Below are positions 9,310-19,198 of a stretch of 44,120 nucleotides of DNA, piece after piece. Where the stretch lies: sequence record DRR723986_6702, one strand, 5' to 3'. The notes beneath the pieces were generated by a model. It was not told the origin of the DNA. It saw nothing but the letters and a program-made list of their open reading frames with translations, and searched no databases. The number at the start of each line of letters is the position of its first letter. The stretch's first letter is position 1. Position numbers and translations under genes: made by a program.

Positions 9310-10188
9310 ATGATTATTTCAACTATCGGGATTATAGGCTCTGGCAACCTTGGCACCAGAATCGGATTGCAAGCCGCTTTGTCAGGTTACCACGTTCAGG
9401 TTTATGATATTCAAGAGATCAGTTTGAAAAAATCTTTGTCAACTATGAAAAAGCTGTTGGCAAAAATGACTAGAGAAGAGTTAATCAATGCACAAACGGG
9501 ACAGAAAGCCTTTGAGAGGATATCTTTTACAAAAGACCTCAAAAAGGCGCTAACCAAAACTGATTTAATCAGTGAAAGTGTCACGGAAGATCTAACCATT
9601 AAAACTGAAGTGTGGAGAAAAATAGGTCGACTAGCTCCAGAGCACACCATTTTCACTACGAATACCTCCTATTTACTTCCCTCGCAGTTTTCGGAAGTTT
9701 CAGGTAGACCTGAAAAATTCTGCGCTTTTCATTTTCACGATGTCTTTCATTCGAGAGTGGTTGACATCATGCCGCATCAAGGAACTTCATTAGAAGTTGT
9801 TAACCTGTTGGAAGATATAGGTCGCAAACTCAATCAAATCCCAATTCTTGTAAAAAAAGAACATTCAGGCTATATCTTCAATACTTTGCTTATAGCTTGG
9901 ATCGATGCTGCTGGTAGATTGCTAACAGGAGAAATCGCTGAGGTGGAAGCTATTGACAAATCCTGGATGATTAATTTCAATATGCCCGCCGGGCCATTTG
10001 GGATTTTGGATAATGTGGGCTTAGATACAGCTTGGCACATTACCAGTTCACGAAGAAATCCCTCCTCTCGTGCATTTGCTGCACTATTGAAAACCTATGT
10101 AGATCAAGGGAACTTGGGAACCAAATCTGGAGAAGGTTTTTATAAATACCCAAACCCAAGCTATAAGCATCAGGATTTTTTAAAATAA
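9310..10188 (+). CDS. 3-hydroxyacyl-CoA dehydrogenase family protein
   Basis: GIIGSGNLG, ESVTEDLTIK, FTTNTS, GYIFN, GPFGILDNVGLD, LGTKSGEGFYKY. Confidence 0.9.
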   Translation: MIISTIGIIGSGNLGTRIGLQAALSGYHVQVYDIQEISLKKSLSTMKKLLAKMTREELINAQTGQKAFERISFTKDLKKALTKTDLISESVTEDLTIKTEVWRKIGRLAPEHTIFTTNTSYLLPSQFSEVSGRPEKFCAFHFHDVFHSRVVDIMPHQGTSLEVVNLLEDIGRKLNQIPILVKKEHSGYIFNTLLIAWIDAAGRLLTGEIAEVEAIDKSWMINFNMPAGPFGILDNVGLDTAWHITSSRRNPSSRAFAALLKTYVDQGNLGTKSGEGFYKYPNPSYKHQDFLK

Positions 10189-10262
10189 ATTAAACAATTT
10201 TGCTCCAAATTAGATCTAGCTTAACAAGCTGCTCGTAATTCCAATTTCACCTAATCACCCCG

Positions 10263-12656
10263 ATGAAGTCCCTTTATTTTAATCTTGCCTTTGGCTTGCT
10301 TTTTCTGCTTGCCAAAAATGGCTATGCTCAGCTTACCAGTGGTAAAGAATCAGAATTTCCAATTTCAATTCATAACCAAGCTGAATTTGCGCAGGTTGAT
10401 TCTGGGCACTATGATTTGGAAGAATTTTTAGCGATTGAGGATTCATTGGATTTCCAATTTTTAAAATATCCGATAACGGACCTAGGATTTACTGACGGTA
10501 CCTATTGGGTGCGATTTTCTTTAGAAAATACACTAGACAAACCTCTGACATATTACCTGGAAACAGCAAGACCAATCACCGATGTAGTACACTTATATCA
10601 ATTGACTAATGGAACTGTAGTCTCAGATCAGTTGAGTGGAGATCTAGTAAAGTTCGAGAATAGACCATTCCAGCATAGAAAGCTAATTTTCCCGATCACA
10701 ATTGCTCCAAATTCCACTTCGAGATTTTACATCAAATACCAAAGTGACGGAGAAGTGATTTCTGTTCCTTTGCTCTTAAACAATACTTCATCCCTAGTAA
10801 ACTCCTCTTTCTTTACCCAACTGATTTTCGGTTTTTTCTATGGAATTCTATTTATAGCGGGTGTGATGTACCTATTCTTTTATTTTGGAATGAAGGAGTC
10901 AAGCTTTCTATTCTATGTAGCTTATGTAGTATCTATAGCTTTACTTCATTTAAATCTTGATGGGTACTTTTTCCAATATATCACACTAGAACCGGGTTGG
11001 TTTGCCAATCGCTCCCTATTAATCTTCGCAACGCTTAGTTCATTGGCCTTATGTGGCTACAGTTATGTTTATATTGAGATAGAAAGGCTTTCTACCTTTA
11101 TAAGGCGATCCTACCGTGTCCTACTATTCGCCCACCTGATTCTTTTCTTGGCAGTATTAGTTTACTCAGCAGGCCAGGCCAGTTACTATCCTGCGGTAAA
11201 TATCCTTGGAGTATTGACTTTAGCCTTGATTATCACCACTATTTTCAATTGCTACCTACTTAAACTTCCCATTGATTTTTTTTTCACCGTCGGTATAGCT
11301 TGTTTGACATTTGGCTTTGTCATTTTCATATTGAATAATTTCTCAGTAATCCCAAATTCATTTTTCACTGCAAATGCTTCCAAAATAGGAACTGGGGCTG
11401 AAATTATCTTTCTATCTCTTTCCATGGCCAATAAAATCCGCTTGCTCAAAACTGAAAAGGAAGAAATGCAGGAACTTGCCTTGATCCGGTCTGAGGAGTC
11501 CAATGAAATGAAGTCATACTTCTTATCTAATATGAGTCACGAACTCAGAACTCCATTGAATGCGATTTTAGGTCTTTCTAAGTCTATTATTAGTAATACC
11601 GAGGACCCTACAATTAAAAACAACCTGGAAGTCATTCAATATTCATCCATGTCTTTGCTAGGGTCAATCAATGATATTTTGGACTATTCTAAAATAGAAA
11701 AAGGAGAACTGAAACTTGCCCATGTGGATTTTGACCTTCAAAGAATCATACAGGAATTAAAGGTGGTGACCAATCAAAAATCCCGCGAAAAAGGCCTGAA
11801 ATTCATGTATGAGGAAAGTAACTCAATCAATGATAAACTAATAGGTGATCCCATTCGCTTGAAGCAGATCATTTCAAATGTCCTTGACAACGCCACCAAA
11901 TTCACTCATAATGGCGAAGTCAAAATGAAGGTGAATACGGAAGAAAGCCATCAAAACAGAATTACACTTTTATTGGAAATTGAAGATTCTGGTGTTGGTA
12001 TTGCCCCTGAAAAACTCGATCGAATTTTTGAGTCCTTTAATCAGGAGCAGATAAATGATAAGCGGAAATATGGGGGTTTTGGTATTGGGCTCTGTATTGT
12101 CAAGGCATTGGTAGAACTTCATCAAGGCACTATAAAAGTAAACAGTGTGAAGAATAAAGGTACACAAGTGATTATCAAGATCGAACTTGAAAAATCTACC
12201 TCAGTGGCTACAAACCAAGAATTGTTGACTCCAGCACAATCTGAAAAGCTTATGTCTGGTAAGCATTTTCTGGTAGTCGAAGACAACAGGGTCAATCAGC
12301 TGGTAATCAAATCTATACTGATAAAATGGAAGGATGTGAGCTTTGACTTCGCAAACAATGGTTTAGAGGCATTACAGGCTATGAAATCTAAAGCGTACGA
12401 TGTGATTCTGATGGACTTGCAAATGCCGGAGATGGATGGATACGAAGCGACAGAGCAGATTCGATCCGGGAATTCGGGATTGAATTCAACTAGCATTCCA
12501 ATTATTGCAGTCACTGCAGATACAACTGAAAAAACTAAAGCCCGGGTTTTCGCCATTGGCATGGATGATTATATAACCAAACCAATTGACCAGGAATTAC
12601 TCTATTCTAGTGTGGAAAAAGCGCTTTATCTGGAAAAAATAACGCTCGATATTTAG
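10263..12656 (+). CDS. Hybrid sensor histidine kinase (7TM-DISM extracellular and membrane domains, HisKA, HATPase, receiver)
   Basis: LGFTDGTYWVRFSL extracellular domain, about 7 TM helices, FLSNMSHELRTPLNAI H-box, NATKFT, DSGVGI, GFGIGL, VVEDN and LMDLQMPEMDG receiver motifs. Confidence 0.93.
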   Translation: MKSLYFNLAFGLLFLLAKNGYAQLTSGKESEFPISIHNQAEFAQVDSGHYDLEEFLAIEDSLDFQFLKYPITDLGFTDGTYWVRFSLENTLDKPLTYYLETARPITDVVHLYQLTNGTVVSDQLSGDLVKFENRPFQHRKLIFPITIAPNSTSRFYIKYQSDGEVISVPLLLNNTSSLVNSSFFTQLIFGFFYGILFIAGVMYLFFYFGMKESSFLFYVAYVVSIALLHLNLDGYFFQYITLEPGWFANRSLLIFATLSSLALCGYSYVYIEIERLSTFIRRSYRVLLFAHLILFLAVLVYSAGQASYYPAVNILGVLTLALIITTIFNCYLLKLPIDFFFTVGIACLTFGFVIFILNNFSVIPNSFFTANASKIGTGAEIIFLSLSMANKIRLLKTEKEEMQELALIRSEESNEMKSYFLSNMSHELRTPLNAILGLSKSIISNTEDPTIKNNLEVIQYSSMSLLGSINDILDYSKIEKGELKLAHVDFDLQRIIQELKVVTNQKSREKGLKFMYEESNSINDKLIGDPIRLKQIISNVLDNATKFTHNGEVKMKVNTEESHQNRITLLLEIEDSGVGIAPEKLDRIFESFNQEQINDKRKYGGFGIGLCIVKALVELHQGTIKVNSVKNKGTQVIIKIELEKSTSVATNQELLTPAQSEKLMSGKHFLVVEDNRVNQLVIKSILIKWKDVSFDFANNGLEALQAMKSKAYDVILMDLQMPEMDGYEATEQIRSGNSGLNSTSIPIIAVTADTTEKTKARVFAIGMDDYITKPIDQELLYSSVEKALYLEKITLDI

Positions 12657-12699
12657 TCGCAAATCAGTGAGAGTGAATTAGCATAAAATCACCTAACCC

Positions 12700-13824
12700 T
12701 TATTTATTGCTAGGCTTTGGACTATAATCCATTGGCAGCAAATCACCCACTCTTTCCCAGGCAATGTATCCTTCGACCAAAATTCCAAAAGGATCAGCAT
12801 AGCTCCCATTTGCATATATTTCTAGGTCTTCCATTTCGAGATGAATAGTAGAAACCTGATTTCCCAACTTTTCAGTACTCGCCCGACCTTTAAATTCAAT
12901 GCTTTCTAACTCCTCAGTATACGTGACATGTACGTAGTCACTGAAACTAAGCAGGACCTTTCCCTCCGAATTATTCACTATAAGTTCCCCTGCGGATATG
13001 GGGTTAGAGTCCAATTGATTGACAAACTTGCCCGGATTGGATGGATCAGGAATTCGATAAAGTTTTCTAAGTATAAATCCCTGGTTCTCGGTGTTTCCTT
13101 CATAAATAGACCTAATTAGATGTTGTAAACTTCCTCGGTAGGCTTTTTCACGTTCTTTTTCGACTTTTCTCTGCTTAGCTCGAGATAAAGTAGAGTCGGG
13201 AATAAAGAGAGGGTACCCAGCGTAGAACACATATCCATCGTTCCTTTCAAACCTAAACTCTTCTAGTAAATAGTCTAGTCTGTAGCCAAGATTTGGATTG
13301 TCAATTTTCAGAATGTCTGTTGCACTTACCTTGAGCATACCAGCTTCACTTTGATCGTCCAATCTCAATACAGTGTCATTTAGAAATTTACAGGAATTGC
13401 CATTTTCTGAAGTACCAAGAAAATATGCTTTGAAATACTCCAGGTTCCTATACCATGCTGGATCACGATTAACCTTCACCTCTACCAGGTCCAACTCCTC
13501 CTCACTTGGACTGAGTAAAAATCTGTATCCCTGAGACTTTAAATCATCTGTTGACAAGCTGAATACCAAACTATTATACCCTAACATACGAATAATCACT
13601 TCATAGTTTCCTTCGGGAATAGAAAGATAGAATTTCCCATTGCCATCGGCAGACACACCAAAAGTTGTATTCGTAATAAAAACGGTGGCATAAGGAACTA
13701 CTTCACCTGTCTCATAGTCAGCAACTGTACCCTGAAAGACTTGCTGCGCAAAAGCGATATTGCCACACAAAAACAAAAACAAGCCTAAAACAATCTTAAC
13801 TAGAATTGAATTAGGCTTGCTCAT
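12700..13824 (-). CDS. Carboxypeptidase-regulatory-like domain protein (exported)
   Basis: Signal peptide ending AFA-Q; G.V.D.ETGEVVPYATVFI..TTFG..ADGNGKF.L; C-terminal DLLPMDY. Confidence 0.82.
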   Translation of the reverse strand: MSKPNSILVKIVLGLFLFLCGNIAFAQQVFQGTVADYETGEVVPYATVFITNTTFGVSADGNGKFYLSIPEGNYEVIIRMLGYNSLVFSLSTDDLKSQGYRFLLSPSEEELDLVEVKVNRDPAWYRNLEYFKAYFLGTSENGNSCKFLNDTVLRLDDQSEAGMLKVSATDILKIDNPNLGYRLDYLLEEFRFERNDGYVFYAGYPLFIPDSTLSRAKQRKVEKEREKAYRGSLQHLIRSIYEGNTENQGFILRKLYRIPDPSNPGKFVNQLDSNPISAGELIVNNSEGKVLLSFSDYVHVTYTEELESIEFKGRASTEKLGNQVSTIHLEMEDLEIYANGSYADPFGILVEGYIAWERVGDLLPMDYSPKPSNK

Positions 13825-13852
13825 ATAGTCTCAATCAGGAATTGATGTCTCT

Positions 13853-16180
13853 TTACTTTTTCTTAGCGAATCGACCTCCCTTTTTCTTAGGTTCCGGCTG
13901 ATTTTCAATGATATGAATCGTCTCTTCGTAAGTCAACGTTTCAGCTTCTTTATCCTTAGGAATTTTGTAGTTGTTCTTACCCATTTTGATGTAAGGCCCC
14001 CATCTTCCGTTCAGTACCTGGATGTCTGGATTCTCGTCAAATGATTTAATATGCTTTTTAGCATCTGCCTCTCGCTTATCTTTGATCAGTTGAATGCCTT
14101 CTTCCTCTGTAATGCTCAGCGGATCCATTTCTTTTGGAAGGGAAACAAAATTGCCATCATGACGCACATATGGTCCAAATCTACCAATAGCAGCCACCAT
14201 CTTTTTATCCTCAAACATTCCGATGTCTCGAGGTAACTTGAACAATTCCAATGCATCTTCCATCGTAATATTTTCGATGAATTGCCCCTTTTTCAAGCTT
14301 GCGAACTGCTTTTCCTCATCTTCAGAATCTCCAATCTGAACCAATGGTCCGAATTTCCCCAGTCTCGCAATCATAGGCTTGCCACTTACCGGATGGTTTC
14401 CAAGTTCACGACTAGTATTGAGATCTTGCCTAGCTATTTGCTCGGTGTCTTCTACGTTCTTGTGGAAATTTCCATAGAAAGAATCTAGCATATCCTGCCA
14501 TACTTGACCTCCAGCAGCGATATCATCAAACTCCTTCTCTACCCTAGCAGTAAAACTAAAGTCAATCACATTCGGGAAATGCTCTACGAGAAAGTCATTA
14601 ACCACCATTGCAATATTCGTTGGGAAAAGCTTCTGTTTCTCTGCGCCCGTATTTTCGGTTTTGGTTGCTTCTTTGAACTCCCCTTTGGCGATGATCATTT
14701 CTACATAATCTCTAGGTGTTCCATCTCTGGATTCCTTTATGACATATTCGCGACGTTGAATCGTAGAAATAGTAGGAGCATAGGTAGATGGTCTGCCAAT
14801 TCCTAATTCTTCCAGCTTCTTCACCAAAGATGCCTCCGTATACCTTGGAGAAGCTCTAGAGAAGGTTTCACGACCTTTCATTTCTTGCAAGGCCAAGCTT
14901 TGACCTACAGTCAAAGGAGGCAATAATGCCTTACCTGCATTGGTTTCTTCCTCTTCCGGCTCATCATCGGTATCTTCCAGATAAACTTTCAAGAAACCAT
15001 CAAATTTGATAATCTCACCAGTCGCCACCAGATTTTGAGGTTGATTCGAGATATCGACTGTAATAATTGTCTTCTCCAATTCTGCATCAGCCATCTGTGA
15101 AGCTATTGCACGCTTCCAAATCAGCTCATAGAGCCGCTGTTCGTTACGTTCTCCCGATACATGGGCATTTCCAAAGTCGGTAGGTCGGATGGCTTCGTGA
15201 GCCTCCTGAGCACCTTCAGACTTGGTGGTAAACTTTCTTGATTTATGATATTTATCACCGTATGAATCTTGAATAGCGTTTTTGGCAGAAGCCATTGCAT
15301 CATCTGATAGATTCACACTATCTGTTCTCATATAGGTAATTTTACCCGCTTCATACAATTTCTGCGCTACAGACATGGTTTGAGCCACAGAGAAGTAAAG
15401 TTTTCTACTCGCTTCCTGCTGCAGTGTAGAGGTGGTAAATGGTGCGGCTGGAGATTTTTTTCCTGGTTTTTTCTCCAGGTTGGCTACTGAGAAATCAGCG
15501 GCTAAACACTTCTTTAAAAACTCCTCAGCTTCAGCTTTAGTATCAAATTTCTTAGGTAATTCAGCTTGAAAAGTTTTTCCTTCTACCTCGAAAATTGCAG
15601 TTACTCTAAAACTTGATTTAGCCTTGTGCTGCTCAATTTCTCTTTCCCTATCTACAATCAATCGGACAGCGACAGACTGAACTCTACCAGCAGATAATCC
15701 AGTTTTAATTTTTTTCCAAAGAATGGGAGAAAGCTCAAAACCTACCAAACGATCCAAAATACGTCTAGCTTGCTGGGCATTTACCAAGTCTATGTCTATT
15801 CCACGTGGATTTTCAATTGCTTTGGTAATTGCATTTTTGGTGATTTCTCTAAAGACGATTCGTTTGGTAGTTTCATCCTTCAGCTTCAGCACTTCCTTCA
15901 AGTGCCAAGATATTGCCTCTCCTTCACGGTCATCATCACTCGCTAGGAATACTGTCTCAGCATCCTTCACCAAGGCTTTTAGGTTTTTGATTACGTCCTT
16001 TTTATCAGCAGTAACTTCATAGGTAGGACTAAATCTATTTTTAATATCGATTGCTTTATCGCCTTTCGGCAGATCCCGCACGTGACCGTAGCTGGATGCT
16101 ACCTTATAGTCTTTGCCCAAGTAACCTTCGATGGTTTTGGCTTTAGCAGGTGACTCGACGATAACAAGGTTTTTTGACAT
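13853..16180 (-). CDS. topA: DNA topoisomerase I (type IA)
   Basis: LVIVESPAKAKTI, ASDDDREGE, SAGRVQS, ITYMRTDS (catalytic Tyr), QEAHEAIRPT, GIGRPSTYA; C-terminal G(K/R)(F/W)GP repeats and Lys-rich tail. Confidence 0.98.
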   Translation of the reverse strand: MSKNLVIVESPAKAKTIEGYLGKDYKVASSYGHVRDLPKGDKAIDIKNRFSPTYEVTADKKDVIKNLKALVKDAETVFLASDDDREGEAISWHLKEVLKLKDETTKRIVFREITKNAITKAIENPRGIDIDLVNAQQARRILDRLVGFELSPILWKKIKTGLSAGRVQSVAVRLIVDREREIEQHKAKSSFRVTAIFEVEGKTFQAELPKKFDTKAEAEEFLKKCLAADFSVANLEKKPGKKSPAAPFTTSTLQQEASRKLYFSVAQTMSVAQKLYEAGKITYMRTDSVNLSDDAMASAKNAIQDSYGDKYHKSRKFTTKSEGAQEAHEAIRPTDFGNAHVSGERNEQRLYELIWKRAIASQMADAELEKTIITVDISNQPQNLVATGEIIKFDGFLKVYLEDTDDEPEEEETNAGKALLPPLTVGQSLALQEMKGRETFSRASPRYTEASLVKKLEELGIGRPSTYAPTISTIQRREYVIKESRDGTPRDYVEMIIAKGEFKEATKTENTGAEKQKLFPTNIAMVVNDFLVEHFPNVIDFSFTARVEKEFDDIAAGGQVWQDMLDSFYGNFHKNVEDTEQIARQDLNTSRELGNHPVSGKPMIARLGKFGPLVQIGDSEDEEKQFASLKKGQFIENITMEDALELFKLPRDIGMFEDKKMVAAIGRFGPYVRHDGNFVSLPKEMDPLSITEEEGIQLIKDKREADAKKHIKSFDENPDIQVLNGRWGPYIKMGKNNYKIPKDKEAETLTYEETIHIIENQPEPKKKGGRFAKKK

Positions 16181-16335
16181 AGAAAAGCAGTTTTTCTGGG
16201 ATTTCAGGCCCGATTAGAAAAGCTAAAAATAGATGGCATTGTTGTCTCGTCCAAATATTTAAAATTCGACAGAACCATTTTGGAGGGATTTTTGAACGAT
16301 TAATTGAACAGTTCATAGGTCATAAACCACTTATC

Positions 16336-16803
16336 ATGAAGCGATTATTTTTACTTAGACACGGGGAAGCAGGTTTTTCTGATGGTTCTGATTTTCAAAG
16401 ACATCTTACTACAAAAGGTAAAGAAAATCTGATCAGAATGGGAGAAAGACTCAATCCAACGCTTAAAACGATTGATTTGATGTACTGTTCTGAAGCTGTA
16501 CGCACTCGCGAAACAGCTGAAATAATGGAAAAGTACCTGGCTATCCGGGAGTCAGTTTTCCTTAAAGACATTTACCATGGAGACTTAAGAAATATAATTG
16601 CAATCCTTGAAAAAACTTCGAATATCGTAGAAACTTGTTTGCTTGTCGGTCACAATCCAGCCATTAGTCTGCTTTTATCTCACGTATCCAATGAAAATTA
16701 CTTAGGATTACAACCCGGAATGTTGGCTATAATAGACTTAGAAATTTCAGATTGGGATATGATCGGGTTTGGTACGGGTGTCTTAAAAGAAATAATTCAA
16801 TAA
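16336..16803 (+). CDS. sixA: Phosphohistidine phosphatase SixA family
   Basis: LLRHG, D..R.LT..G, SEAVRTRETA, LVGHNP. Confidence 0.88.
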   Translation: MKRLFLLRHGEAGFSDGSDFQRHLTTKGKENLIRMGERLNPTLKTIDLMYCSEAVRTRETAEIMEKYLAIRESVFLKDIYHGDLRNIIAILEKTSNIVETCLLVGHNPAISLLLSHVSNENYLGLQPGMLAIIDLEISDWDMIGFGTGVLKEIIQ

Positions 16804-17260
16804 AAAGAAAGTATTTAATTTCCGAGCAGATCAAATTTGAACCACTTATTTACTTTTACTCTTTTTTTATCACCTATTTATCAAATATTACACCCTTATC
16901 TATCTATATTTACTAAATAATTTAGATAAATGCCTGTATTTGATGGCAGCTATTTATAAATTTCAATTCTTTGAGATTATCCTAACAGTGCCTGGCTAAA
17001 AATAAGTCTGCGCCATAATCAACCCAAAATATTCTTACGAATCCTCTGCCTAGGAACCACAATTTGATTTAAGATCAATTGGCTAAAACTTGAGTACCCT
17101 TTATAAGAATATACATACCCAAATTTCGATTACCTGATGAAAGTTCTGGTATAAAATCCAGCCACATTAATCACCCAGTATCTTTCTTGCTGTTATTTCA
17201 AATGATGCTTTAGATCAACAAACGCTCTTCTGATATAAAAATAACACAAGCCAATTTAAA

Positions 17261-17300
17261 TGTAAAAAGCCCTGAATTTAACTTTTCAGGGCTTTTTGCA
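17261..17300. terminator. Bidirectional intrinsic terminator
   Basis: AAAAAGCCCTGAA-N8-TTCAGGGCTTTTT, about 15 nt past the stop of the 17316-18089 gene. Confidence 0.85.
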
Positions 17301-17315
17301 TGTGGAATATTGAAA

Positions 17316-18089
17316 TCAGAAATCAGTGGACTTACCGTCTAAATCAAGCTTTTTGATCCAAACATTTCTGTAAAACACATCGTGTCCTTCAGCTTGAAGC
17401 TTTAAGCCTCCAGGTGTATCAGTAATCCCTTTCCCACCGTCATTCCCCCCATCAAGCCCTGAATTGGGACCACCCCAAACTTGCTGTATTTCTTTGTCTT
17501 CGTGGATTTTCACACCATTTAAGTAGACTGTCGCACGGGGCTTCGCTACTAGTTTCCCATTTTCAAATCGTGCCGCTTTAAATTCAATATCATATGCATT
17601 CCACTTGCCTATGCCATAATACTCCTCAGAAGTAGGAATGTGCTCGTTTATCAGGGCGCCCATTCCATGGTCACCATAATCCCCATCTAGAATCTGAACC
17701 TCATACCTATTCTGCAAATATACTCCGCTATTTCCACCTTCATTCTTAATGAAAAACTCCACGTGTGCACGAAAATCCTTGAATTTGTCCTTTGTCACTA
17801 TATCTGCGGCGCCATATAATCCCCCAGCTGCTGCCGGATCATTACTACTAATTGCTTTTCCACCATCAATAGGATCAGCTACCTCAGGCCATTTAATAGG
17901 TTTTTCAGCCATAAATCTAGGTCCCTCCCAATACTCCCAATTTTTTTCAAGAGATTTTTTGGAGCCGTCGAGATATAATTTGGCACCTTTCTCAGGCTTC
18001 ACCCCTACCCCCGTTTGGGCAGATGCAATGGTTGCCGATCCGAATAAGGCTAGAGCGAAGGAAAGCCCTTTGAAAAATTTGTAATTCAT
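17316..18089 (-). CDS. DUF1080 / 3-keto-disaccharide hydrolase family protein
   Basis: Signal peptide ASA-Q; DF.AHVEF, GNSGVYLQNRYEVQILD, G.WN.YDIEF, LQAEGHDVFYRNVWIK. Confidence 0.9.
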   Translation of the reverse strand: MNYKFFKGLSFALALFGSATIASAQTGVGVKPEKGAKLYLDGSKKSLEKNWEYWEGPRFMAEKPIKWPEVADPIDGGKAISSNDPAAAGGLYGAADIVTKDKFKDFRAHVEFFIKNEGGNSGVYLQNRYEVQILDGDYGDHGMGALINEHIPTSEEYYGIGKWNAYDIEFKAARFENGKLVAKPRATVYLNGVKIHEDKEIQQVWGGPNSGLDGGNDGGKGITDTPGGLKLQAEGHDVFYRNVWIKKLDLDGKSTDF

Positions 18090-18295
18090 ATGTTTTGAGA
18101 TTTGAATGTATTTTTTTTGGGAAAATAATAACTAGACCATGTCCAATTGTTCAATTTGGTTAATTTTAACCAAAATCAAGCTTTTTAATACATGAAATCA
18201 CAGCTGCATTAGGCAGGAGTGTTTCAAGTTCGCTACCCATTAGGAATGCCTGTTTGATCTAGAAGATTGACTTTAAACTATTTAATTATAAACCT

Positions 18296-19195
18296 ATGAA
18301 ATGGGAAGGAAGAAGACGAAGTTCAAATGTAGAAGATAGACGAGGTCAGCGAGTTGGAGGTTCTGGTGGTGGTGGATTTAATCCTATGCTAATTGGCCCC
18401 CTTCTTAAAATACTTTTCTCCAAAACTGGGCTGATAATCGTTGGTGTGATAATCGCTATTTCTGTCCTGACAGGAACCAATCCCCTAACTTTCCTCGGCA
18501 ATTTCATGGGAGGCGGTCAACAAGGCTTCACTACTGAAACAAATTATACTCCTTCTGCAGAGGAAGACCGTTTGGCTGCTTTCAGCGAAACCATACTGGC
18601 TGACACAGAAGATGTGTGGAATAAGGTCTTGGATAACTATAGAGAACCCACCTTGGTTCTATTCAGTGGGCAGGTTTCTTCCGCGTGTGGAATGGCTTCA
18701 AGTGCAACAGGTCCCTTCTACTGTCCTGGGGATGAAAAACTTTACATAGACCTAAGCTTTTTCAAAGAAATGGAGATGAAATTAAATGCTCCTGGAGACT
18801 TTGCTCAGGCTTATGTCATAGCCCACGAAGTAGGACATCATATACAGAAAATCTCCGGTATCACCGCAGAAATGGACAAACTACGAGGTCAAGTGAGCGA
18901 AAAAGAATACAACCAATTTTCAGTGAGATTAGAGCTTCAGGCTGATTTCCTAGCAGGAGTTTGGGCTAATCACAGTCAGAAGTCTATCGGATGGATGGAA
19001 AAAGGTGATTTAGCTGAAGCTCTAAATGCGGCGAATGCCATCGGAGATGATCGACTTCAAAAGCAAGCAACCGGAAGGGTCACACCCGACTCATTTACAC
19101 ATGGTACCTCAGCTCAGCGAATGAAATGGTTTAAAAAAGGATTTGAAACTGGAGATATCAATCAGGGGGACACCTTTAACACAAATGACTTATAA
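18296..19195 (+). CDS. ypfJ: Neutral zinc metallopeptidase, YpfJ family
   Basis: MKWEGRRRSSNVEDRR, TGPFYCPGD, YVIAHEVGHHIQ, LELQADFLAGVW, DSFTHGTS.QR..WF. Confidence 0.9.
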   Translation: MKWEGRRRSSNVEDRRGQRVGGSGGGGFNPMLIGPLLKILFSKTGLIIVGVIIAISVLTGTNPLTFLGNFMGGGQQGFTTETNYTPSAEEDRLAAFSETILADTEDVWNKVLDNYREPTLVLFSGQVSSACGMASSATGPFYCPGDEKLYIDLSFFKEMEMKLNAPGDFAQAYVIAHEVGHHIQKISGITAEMDKLRGQVSEKEYNQFSVRLELQADFLAGVWANHSQKSIGWMEKGDLAEALNAANAIGDDRLQKQATGRVTPDSFTHGTSAQRMKWFKKGFETGDINQGDTFNTNDL

Positions 19196-19198
19196 CCC

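Noticed and set aside
17134-17170. CTGATGA as a hammerhead ribozyme core
   Set aside because: No stem II followed by GAAA and no matching cleavage-site arm could be found.
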